DNA of 64,000 nucleotides from Clostridia bacterium (GTDB lineage: Bacteria > Bacillota > Clostridia > Oscillospirales > CAG-382), in NCBI GenBank assembly GCA_017563195.1, contig JAFXDO010000066.1, positions 459 through 64,458 on the forward strand. Reading direction: 5' to 3'. A model generated the notes under the pieces. The model had not been told where the DNA came from, did not search any database, and worked only from the letters and a program-made list of their open reading frames with translations. The position numbers and the translations under genes are program-made. The first letter of the stretch is position 1. Every line of letters begins with the position of its first letter. This document shows, in pieces, positions 56,767 through 64,000 of the stretch.

Positions 56767-59022
56767 ATGGACAAATACGAAGGATTTGTAGGCAAGGTCT
56801 TAGACGGCAGATATAAAATACTCGAGCTTGTCGGTATGGGCGGAATGGCATGCGTGCTTAAGGCTCAGGACCTTGTTATGAAGCGAATTGTCGCTATCAA
56901 GATCCTCAACGACGAATACAACGGAAACGAGCAAGCCGAGGCACGCTTTATCGACGAATCGAAGGCTGTTGCAATGCTTTCGAACAAAAACATCGTAAGC
57001 GTATACGACGTTGCTATCTACCCCGATATCAAATACATTGTTATGGAGTACCTCGACGGCATTACGCTCAGAGAGTATCTTGACAACAAGGGTGCAATCT
57101 CCTGGAAGGAGGCCTGCATCTACGTGCTCCAGATACTCCGCGCGCTTGAGCATGCTCACAGCAAGGGCATCATCCACCGTGACATCAAGCCGCAGAACGT
57201 AATACTTATGAAAAACGGTGACATCAAGGTCACCGACTTCGGTATCGCGAAGCTCCCCAACTCGGTTTCCGAGCAAAAGGACGAAAAGGCTGTCGGTACG
57301 GTATATTACATCTCGCCCGAGCAGGCGTGCGGCAAGGATACCGATTATTATTCGGATATATATTCTGTCGGTATCATGCTTTACGAGGCTGTTACAGGCA
57401 CGCTCCCCTTCACCGCCGAAACCCCGTTAGAGGTTGCGATGATGCAGGTCAACGACGAGCCCATACACCCCCGTGACATCGTGCTAGACATTCCCGTAGG
57501 CGTTTCGCAGATAATTCTCAAGGCGATGGAGAAGTCGCCCTCGGAGCGATTCCAGTCTGCTCACACGATGGTCAAGGCTATCGAGTGGGTATTGAGATAT
57601 CCCGACGTTATTTTCGCTATGAGTCCCACGGCCGCTGAAGAGGCTGTCGGTCAGAGCAGCGTGGTTTCGATCGATATGATCTCCACCGCAGAGATCGAGC
57701 CCTATGCCGAGGAGGAGATTGCAGATTCGCTCGGCACCAAGAAGGGCTCTGCAGGCGGCGACATGAAGCAGGATGACGCCAACGGTTCAGTTAAGAGCAA
57801 AAAGAAAAAGAAGAAAAAGAAAAAGGCCAACAGAACAATGTTTCCCGTCATCGCGGGCGTCGCGTTGGCGTTCATCCTTATCTTCCTTATTCTTGCGTGG
57901 CAATTGCTCCCGCCTATATTGCAATGGTCGCCCGTAAGGATCCCGATCCTTTCGGATATGTTCAACATTGAAGACACCGACGCACCCGAAATACTGGTTA
58001 CCTACCCCGACATCGTCGGTGAGGAGTACAACACCGATCTTATCAACGAACTGAAGAACGGCAAATACCGTTTTGATATCAAGAATAACGTCGAGATCAT
58101 TTACGAATACCGCGATGGGCTCGACAACAACGTAATCATATCAACCGTTCCCGACGGAGGACACGAGACCAAGCTCCCTGCCGATTTCGACAAGAACAGA
58201 GACTACATCAGCTTCACTCAGATCATCGTAAACCGCAAGGACAGCTTCTCGGTGCCCGATCTTACGGGATACCCCAAGACTACGGCAATGACGATGCTGA
58301 AGAACCTCGGTCTCAAGGTCGAATTTGTCGAAACCGACGTTGCGCCCAGCACCTATTATCACGAGGATCAGGTAATCAAGACCGAGCCGGTTGCGGGAAC
58401 CGAGGTGAACGTCGGTGATACCGTTGTAATCAGCATTTACAACAAGCCCGAATCACTCAACACCGCAAAGCTTCCCAACCTTTACGGTATGACCGAAAAC
58501 GAAGCGTTGAAGTACGCTCAGACCTATTCGGGATATACCCTCATCGTCGAATACGTCGAGCAGATCGGCGGCAATAACCGTGTTATTTCGCAAAGCATTC
58601 CCGCAGGCACGGTAAGCCCCAAGAACACGCCTGTAACCGTATTTATCGCAATAGAGCCGCAGGGCATGCCCGATTTTGTCGGACTTACACCCGACGAAGC
58701 GAAGGCTATGATGGTCGGCGCATCGTCCGACAAGCAGTTGAACCTCAACTTTATCTATTATTACGCAGATATAACCAAGCAGGATTATATCGAAATGGCG
58801 GCTGACGAATTCGACGAGGAAATGATACTCTTTATCGATTCGCTTCAGAAGCTCGGCTGTACACAGACGTTCACTTACGACGGATACAGCACAGTTTACT
58901 ACCAGAGTGTGCCCGCGGGTGATCCCATCAGCACGGTATACGGCATCGATCTGGTTGTAATCCAGTACACATCGGCAATCCCCGATTTCGGAGGCGACAC
59001 CGGCACGGGGGGTAATCCTTGA
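56767..59022 (+). CDS. prkC: PASTA-domain Ser/Thr protein kinase (PrkC/Stk1-like)
   Basis: 751 aa. Kinase HRDIKPQN and DFG. A K9 run precedes a single TM helix. About three C-terminal PASTA-like modules. Confidence 0.9.
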   Translation: MDKYEGFVGKVLDGRYKILELVGMGGMACVLKAQDLVMKRIVAIKILNDEYNGNEQAEARFIDESKAVAMLSNKNIVSVYDVAIYPDIKYIVMEYLDGITLREYLDNKGAISWKEACIYVLQILRALEHAHSKGIIHRDIKPQNVILMKNGDIKVTDFGIAKLPNSVSEQKDEKAVGTVYYISPEQACGKDTDYYSDIYSVGIMLYEAVTGTLPFTAETPLEVAMMQVNDEPIHPRDIVLDIPVGVSQIILKAMEKSPSERFQSAHTMVKAIEWVLRYPDVIFAMSPTAAEEAVGQSSVVSIDMISTAEIEPYAEEEIADSLGTKKGSAGGDMKQDDANGSVKSKKKKKKKKKANRTMFPVIAGVALAFILIFLILAWQLLPPILQWSPVRIPILSDMFNIEDTDAPEILVTYPDIVGEEYNTDLINELKNGKYRFDIKNNVEIIYEYRDGLDNNVIISTVPDGGHETKLPADFDKNRDYISFTQIIVNRKDSFSVPDLTGYPKTTAMTMLKNLGLKVEFVETDVAPSTYYHEDQVIKTEPVAGTEVNVGDTVVISIYNKPESLNTAKLPNLYGMTENEALKYAQTYSGYTLIVEYVEQIGGNNRVISQSIPAGTVSPKNTPVTVFIAIEPQGMPDFVGLTPDEAKAMMVGASSDKQLNLNFIYYYADITKQDYIEMAADEFDEEMILFIDSLQKLGCTQTFTYDGYSTVYYQSVPAGDPISTVYGIDLVVIQYTSAIPDFGGDTGTGGNP

Positions 59023-59906
59023 GCATTGTTGAAAAGGAAGGCTTGATCCTCTCCGGAAAGAACGGTAGATATACCGTCGAAGCCGGCGGCGAAGCAATCA
59101 TTTGCCGTTCGGGAACGAGAGTACGAAAAAATGACGGAAAGATTTTAGCGGGAGACAGAGTGATATTCCGTGATAACGGCGACGGAAACGGATTTATCAC
59201 CTCCCTGCTCCCTCGAAGAAATTCACTTACGCGGCCGCCCGTTGCAAACATCGATCTGCTTGCAATGGTGGTTGCGCCGAAAGATCCCGCGCCGTATCTT
59301 TACAATATCGATCTTCTGTCGGTGATCGCACAGAAGAACAATATTGAATGCGCAATAATCATCTCGAAAAGCGATCTTGCCGATTGCGCAAATTTGATCG
59401 AAGTCTATCAAAAAGCGCCGTTTACGGTGATTGAAACCAGCTCTGAAAACGGCATCGGTGTCGAAGAGGTACGAAATTTGCTGAAAGGAAAGATATGCGT
59501 GCTTTGCGGCGCTTCTGGAGTCGGAAAGTCAACGCTTATCAACAGCCTGTACCCGCATTTGAAGCTTGAAACAGGCTCGCTTTCAGAAAAGATCGCGCGA
59601 GGCAAGAACACGACTCGTACTACCGAGCTTTTCCCGCTCGGTAACGGCACATATTTAGCCGACACCCCCGGATTTACAGCAGTTAATACCGAGCTGTACT
59701 GTGCAATTGAGCACAAGGAGCTCGACGCACTGTTCCCTGAATTCGAAATGCATCTGAAGAATTGCAGATATACCGACTGCACTCACACCAAGGAGACCGA
59801 GTGCGGCATTGCAGATGCTGTTAAAGAGGGCTGCATAGCAGAATCAAGACACGAAAGTTACAAAAAATTATACCTCGAGCTTAAATCGGTCGACAGGTAT
59901 AAATAA
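59019..59906 (+). CDS. rsgA: Ribosome small-subunit-dependent GTPase A
   Basis: 295 aa. TTG start overlaps the prkC TGA. GASGVGKST and zinc knuckle CRYTDCTHTKETECG. Confidence 0.9.
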   Translation: MSIVEKEGLILSGKNGRYTVEAGGEAIICRSGTRVRKNDGKILAGDRVIFRDNGDGNGFITSLLPRRNSLTRPPVANIDLLAMVVAPKDPAPYLYNIDLLSVIAQKNNIECAIIISKSDLADCANLIEVYQKAPFTVIETSSENGIGVEEVRNLLKGKICVLCGASGVGKSTLINSLYPHLKLETGSLSEKIARGKNTTRTTELFPLGNGTYLADTPGFTAVNTELYCAIEHKELDALFPEFEMHLKNCRYTDCTHTKETECGIADAVKEGCIAESRHESYKKLYLELKSVDRYK

Positions 59907-59918
59907 TTGGAGGACATT

Positions 59919-60548
59919 ATGTTTATCGGATATTTATCATTAGCTAACGTTGTCACGCTGTCAGGACTTGTTTTTTCGGTAACGTCCTGCTTCCTCGCGG
60001 CTAACGGTAATTTCAAATTTGCAGTATACATGCTGTTTTTAGCATGCATCTGCGATGCGTTTGACGGAAAGATCGCACGAATGAACAAGAACAGGACACC
60101 CGCCGAAAGGTTCTACGGTGTTCAGCTCGACAGCCTTTGCGACGTCATAAGCTTCGGTGTAACACCCTGCTTCATAGCGTTCTCGTTAGGCTTTAAGGGC
60201 TGGTTCGACGTTATCATCTATTGCTTCTTCATCATTTGCGGCGTAACCCGTCTTGCTTACTTCAACACCCTGTCAAACCAAAACAACGGCAAGGCTATGA
60301 AGTCGTACAGAGGAATGCCGATTCCAATGTCCACGATGATGATAACCTTCCTTATCCTCCTGACCACCTTTATCGGTCCCAACGTTACGCATTGGTTGTT
60401 CAGACTCGGCTTTATCGCAACGGCTGTTCTCTTTGTATTGAACATCAAGGTCAGGAAGCCCAACACCCGCAGAAGCCTCATTCTTCTCTCTGTTGAATCG
60501 GTAATGCTCATTCTTATCCTTGTTATCGGTCCCTGCCTTACTTATTAA
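59919..60548 (+). CDS. pssA: CDP-alcohol phosphatidyltransferase (phosphatidylserine synthase-like)
   Basis: Start set at the ATG 4 nt after GGAGGA; the track TTG is at 59907. Motif DAFDGKIAR...G.QLDSLCD. Confidence 0.8.
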   Translation: MFIGYLSLANVVTLSGLVFSVTSCFLAANGNFKFAVYMLFLACICDAFDGKIARMNKNRTPAERFYGVQLDSLCDVISFGVTPCFIAFSLGFKGWFDVIIYCFFIICGVTRLAYFNTLSNQNNGKAMKSYRGMPIPMSTMMITFLILLTTFIGPNVTHWLFRLGFIATAVLFVLNIKVRKPNTRRSLILLSVESVMLILILVIGPCLTY

Positions 60549-60568
60549 GCAAGCAATTCAAGTAATCA

Positions 60569-60598
60569 AAAAGAGCAGCCAAGCGCTGCTCTTTATTT
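60569..60598 (+). terminator. Rho-independent terminator ending the yicC-to-pssA cluster
   Basis: AAGAGCAGC-caagc-GCTGCTCTT followed by TATTTAT. Confidence 0.65.
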
Positions 60599-60604
60599 AT
60601 ATAT

Positions 60605-60634
60605 TAAAAAAAGAACTGCTGTAACGCAGTTCTT
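60605..60634 (-). terminator. Rho-independent terminator after the M23 peptidase gene (convergent)
   Basis: AAGAACTGC-tgtaac-GCAGTTCTT, followed by T6 on the minus strand. Confidence 0.7.
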
Positions 60635-60639
60635 TTGAT

Positions 60640-61752
60640 TTAGTCGTCGTAATCAACAAAGATGAGAGGATTAACGATCTCGCCGTCAACGTGAACCTCG
60701 AAGTGGAGGTGAGGACCGGTGGAATTACCGGTGGAGCCGATCTTACCAACCTCGTCGCCTGCGGTAAGCACGTCGCCTACCTGAACACTGAAAGCGCTGA
60801 GGTGAGCATAAAGAGTCTGAACACCGTTACCGTGATCGATGATAACACAGTTGCCGTAGCCGCCGTACCAGTCGGCTCTGACTACCACACCGTCGCAAGC
60901 AGCAACAGCGGGCTTTCCGTTACATCTGTCACCCGCGATATCGATACCGTTATGGGTTCTTCCCCATCTGGGACCGGTATAAGAGGTAACCACGCCGTCA
61001 TAAGGTTTAATAAACGTACCGAGCGATGCGACCGTAATGCCGTTAGACTGAGTGCCGATACGAATGATTTCATCGGAAGGAGCGACGGTAATATCGAGAG
61101 AAAGAACGTTGCGTTCGCTTACGACACCGTCTACAGAAACGATTTCGTAGGTTTCCTCGCCCTCGCCGTTATATCCCTTGGAGAGAACCTTTTCTACACC
61201 GTTCTTCATCGAATCGGTGTAAACCTTCTTGACCTCATATTCAAGAGTAACGGTTTCGCTGTAAGTAATTACAGAGCGGACAGAAAGCTTTACGGGAAGT
61301 GCTTCGCCGCTATAGGAAAGCACCTTATCACTGACGTTATAGGCATTCTTCTTACCGAGAAGCTCGCACGCCTTAGCGGTGTCAACGAAAGCCTCTTCGG
61401 GATACTCGCCCTTGATAAGCTCAACCTTATTGTTGAAGCTGACCTTTGCTTCGGAGGAAAGTCCGAGCGAAGAGGCGCGAATATCAAGAACCTCGTCAAG
61501 TGCAGCGTTTGCATCAGCTTCGTTTTCGAGAGCAGCAACGAGGTTGCCGTCGATATACAAGCCGAATCCAACGTTTTCACTTGCCTCGGAGATCACTTCC
61601 TCAGAAGAAGCAAGCGAGGACGAGACCACAGCTTCATCAGCAGTTTTGCCCGCAAATGCGAAGATACAGCAAATTGCGACAACAAACGCCAATACCGAAA
61701 TGATCGTTATTCTATTTTTGGGGGTGTTTAACTTTTCCTTGATATCGGTCAA
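60640..61752 (-). CDS. M23 family metallopeptidase with TM anchor and G5-like domain
   Basis: HNGIDIAG, GYGNCVIIDHG and HLHFEV motifs. Start set at the TTG 7 nt after GGAGG; the track start is at 61779. Confidence 0.85.
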   Translation of the reverse strand: MTDIKEKLNTPKNRITIISVLAFVVAICCIFAFAGKTADEAVVSSSLASSEEVISEASENVGFGLYIDGNLVAALENEADANAALDEVLDIRASSLGLSSEAKVSFNNKVELIKGEYPEEAFVDTAKACELLGKKNAYNVSDKVLSYSGEALPVKLSVRSVITYSETVTLEYEVKKVYTDSMKNGVEKVLSKGYNGEGEETYEIVSVDGVVSERNVLSLDITVAPSDEIIRIGTQSNGITVASLGTFIKPYDGVVTSYTGPRWGRTHNGIDIAGDRCNGKPAVAACDGVVVRADWYGGYGNCVIIDHGNGVQTLYAHLSAFSVQVGDVLTAGDEVGKIGSTGNSTGPHLHFEVHVDGEIVNPLIFVDYDD

Positions 61753-61927
61753 AAGAAAGCCTCCAAACCAAAATTCCAAAAAGTAGTATACATCAGAAAT
61801 ATGAACACAATGTTACGTAATCTTAAAATTTCTGTGCAGGCACATACGCCCACGTTTGGATTGATTATACAATATTTTCAAGCATTTGTCAATATGTAAT
61901 TTTTCTCTTTATTTTCATTGAAAGGTA

Positions 61928-61956
61928 TTGAAAAATAAAGGATTAAGTTGTATAAT
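61928..61956 (+). promoter_or_regulatory. Sigma-A promoter for ilvE
   Basis: TTGAAA-N17-TATAAT. Confidence 0.5.
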
Positions 61957-61994
61957 GCACATTAAAGGTTTAACAAGTGAAAGGAATGACAATA

Positions 61995-63059
61995 ATGCAG
62001 ATAACAAAGACGCTTACGACCGCACCCAAGGCTAAGCCCGAAGGAGCACTTGGATTCGGAAAAATATTCACAGACCATATGTTTATTATGGATTACAGCA
62101 CCGAAAAGGGCTGGCACGACGCGAGAATCGTCCCCTATGGCGATATTTCGCTTTCTCCCGCAAGTATGGTCTTCCACTACGGACAGGAAATGTTCGAGGG
62201 CATGAAGGCTTACCGTGCAAAGGACGGCAGAATTCTTTTGTTCCGTCCCGAAAAGAACATTGAGAGAATGAACAACACCAACGTCAGAATGTGCATCCCT
62301 CAGGTCAACACCGAGGACGTGCTTCAGGCAATCGAGGAGCTTGTTCTCGTCGATCAGGATTGGATCCCCACTCAGGAGGGCACCTCACTTTATATCCGTC
62401 CCTTCATTATCGCAACCGACCCCTTCCTCGGCGTACATCCTTCGCACACCTACAAGTTTATGATAATCCTCTCCCCCGTCGGAGCATATTACGCAAGCGG
62501 TCTCGCGCCTGTTAAGATCTGCGTTGAGGACGAGTACGTTCGCGCCGTCAAGGGCGGTACCGGCTTTGCCAAGGTTGGCGGCAACTACGCTGCATCGCTT
62601 AAGGGTCAGGAAAAGGCAGAGCAGCTCGGCTATGCTCAGGTTCTCTGGCTCGACGGTATCGAGCACAGATACATCGACGAGGTCGGCGCTATGAACGTAT
62701 TCTTCGTAATCGGCGACACCGTTGTTACCCCCAAGCTCGAGGGCAACATCCTCCCCGGCGTAACCAGAGACTCGGTCATCAACTTCCTTAAGGCCAAGGG
62801 ATACACCGTTGAGGAACGCAGAGTTTCGATCGATGAGGTTTATGAGGCAGGTCAGAAGGGTGAGCTGAAGGAAATGTTCGGTACCGGCACCGCTGCCGTT
62901 ATCTCCCCCGTTGGTCTTCTCGACTGGAACGGAAAGAAGCTCGTTATCAACAACAATGAAATCGGCACTGTTTCCCAGATGCTTTACGATGAAATCACCG
63001 GCATTCAGTTCGGTAACAAGAAAGATGATTTTGGATGGAGTCACGAAATAAAGAGATAA
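61995..63059 (+). CDS. ilvE: Branched-chain amino acid aminotransferase
   Basis: Start set at ATG 61995 (AAGGA 9 nt upstream); the track GTG is at 61977. Motifs GFGKIFTDHMF, HYGQEMFEGMKAY and GTGTAAVISPV. Confidence 0.9.
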   Translation: MQITKTLTTAPKAKPEGALGFGKIFTDHMFIMDYSTEKGWHDARIVPYGDISLSPASMVFHYGQEMFEGMKAYRAKDGRILLFRPEKNIERMNNTNVRMCIPQVNTEDVLQAIEELVLVDQDWIPTQEGTSLYIRPFIIATDPFLGVHPSHTYKFMIILSPVGAYYASGLAPVKICVEDEYVRAVKGGTGFAKVGGNYAASLKGQEKAEQLGYAQVLWLDGIEHRYIDEVGAMNVFFVIGDTVVTPKLEGNILPGVTRDSVINFLKAKGYTVEERRVSIDEVYEAGQKGELKEMFGTGTAAVISPVGLLDWNGKKLVINNNEIGTVSQMLYDEITGIQFGNKKDDFGWSHEIKR

Positions 63060-64000
63060 CTCTTATTGAAAACGACATCACTAATGACACGGGCGCAGAA
63101 GAAACTTCTGCGCCTGTTCAGCAGGATGAGAAAAAAGAGAATATTTTCAAGCGAATCAAAGCCTCGGGCTTTTTCACCAAGCCGTTTAAGCTGCTGCTCT
63201 ACGTTTTTGCGGCATCGCTTACCGTGTACCTGCTTTCGAGATTTTCCCCTGCATTCGCGGAGCTTTGGACGATCTATCCCGCACAGCTCATCCGTTTTAT
63301 ACTTGCAAAGCTTACCGGATGGATTCCCTTCTCGTTTGCGGAGTGCCTTATCGTATCGCTTCCGATACTTGCGATAGCATACATCGTTGTATCGACAGTC
63401 TCCACGAAACGCGACGAAAGCATGGATAATTTTTTCAAATGGCTTCGCCCCTTGATATCGGTGATTCTGGTCATCGTAATACTCTTCTTTATCGGATTCG
63501 GACCTGCATACGGCCGTTATAAGCTTTCGAAAAACCTCGACATCGAGCAAAGTGCAGTTTCGGCAGACGAGCTTTTTACGACCGCGAGCATCGTATCCGA
63601 CGAATTGAGGGGTATAACCGACCTTGTCAGCTTTGATCTGTCAGGCGCATCAATAATGCCCTACGATTATCAAACGCTCGTCAAGAAGATGAACGAATCG
63701 TTTGACAAATACGCCGAAGATGCCGATTACATCTCGCACTTCAGGTCGTCTCCCAAGGCGATCGCGCTTTCGGGCATTATGACCTACACGCACATTTCGG
63801 GTGTTTATACGTTTATGACGGGTGAATCCAACATCAACACGAATTACCCCGATTTTCTTATCCCTTACACGATGGCGCACGAGATGGCACATCAGCGCGG
63901 AATCGCACGCGAGGACGAGGCGAACTTCGTCGCTTTCCTTGTATGCATTGCGAGCGATGACGATTACATTCGCTATTGCGGATACGCAAACATGTTGAAT
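63035..64000 (+). CDS. DUF3810-like membrane protein with HEMAH metalloprotease-type motif, partial (runs off the window end)
   Basis: Hand-translated frame, open from ATG 63035 to 64000: MESRNKEITLIEND...FAELWTIYPAQLIRFILAKLTGWIPFSFAEC...PYTMAHEMAHQRGIAREDEANFVAFLVC. Overlaps the ilvE end by 25 nt. It replaces the track ORF at 63066-63377. Confidence 0.7.
   Translation, partial: MESRNKEITLIENDITNDTGAEETSAPVQQDEKKENIFKRIKASGFFTKPFKLLLYVFAASLTVYLLSRFSPAFAELWTIYPAQLIRFILAKLTGWIPFSFAECLIVSLPILAIAYIVVSTVSTKRDESMDNFFKWLRPLISVILVIVILFFIGFGPAYGRYKLSKNLDIEQSAVSADELFTTASIVSDELRGITDLVSFDLSGASIMPYDYQTLVKKMNESFDKYAEDADYISHFRSSPKAIALSGIMTYTHISGVYTFMTGESNINTNYPDFLIPYTMAHEMAHQRGIAREDEANFVAFLVCIASDDDYIRYCGYANMLN

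Noticed and set aside
57793-57825. The poly-lysine purine tract in prkC as a phase-variable simple-sequence repeat.
   Set aside because: - It is not a homopolymer or a perfect microsatellite (longest A run is 5).
- Slipped-strand phase variation is therefore unlikely. It is kept only as a low-interest translational curiosity.
63066-63377. 103-aa track ORF after ilvE.
   Set aside because: - A different frame, starting at ATG 63035, stays open to the window end.
- That frame encodes TM helices plus an HEMAHQRG...EDEANF motif (DUF3810-like).
- The track ORF is Arg/Ser-rich and overlaps it.

Overview
64-kb chromosomal segment from a Clostridia-class Firmicute. An Oscillospiraceae/Ruminococcaceae-like organism is my inference from dockerin modules, Firmicute gene order, a CIRCE element and TG-extended sigma-A promoters; no search was run. 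I support about 58 protein-coding genes. I found no rRNA, tRNA, CRISPR array, transposase, integrase or prophage genes. All family names come from motifs read in the supplied translations and in two edge ORFs I translated by hand; none is verified by BLAST or HMM.

Most of the window is housekeeping:
- parA-parB-serS
- groES-groEL with a CIRCE operator
- dGTPase-like-dnaG-rpoD-pheS-pheT
- yicC-remA-rpoZ-priA-def-fmt-rsmB-rlmN-stp-prkC-rsgA-pssA
- ilvE

Accessory-looking parts:
- 1-12.1 kb: a sigma/anti-sigma pair, sugar-acid genes, a GtrB-like GT2, murQ, and a GHL10/CapA/MscS operon.
- 15.3-20.2 kb: a TM protein plus MORN protein, an Lnt-like acyltransferase, an esterase, a 27-codon micro-ORF and structured intergenic DNA.
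- 23.6-32.7 kb: two paralogous dockerin-bearing proteins with an uncharacterised DUF4855-like domain, a ChrA pair, GH35, a kinase and a PHP gene.

Best candidates for something undescribed:
- The dockerin/CBM32-like/DUF4855-like enzyme pair.
- A tightly coupled DUF5685-like / J-domain cysteine-string / polytopic membrane protein operon at 46.3-48.3 kb.

Neither can be shown to be novel from sequence alone. Several ORF-track starts were trimmed where a Shine-Dalgarno site, an upstream stop or a promoter position argued for an internal start.
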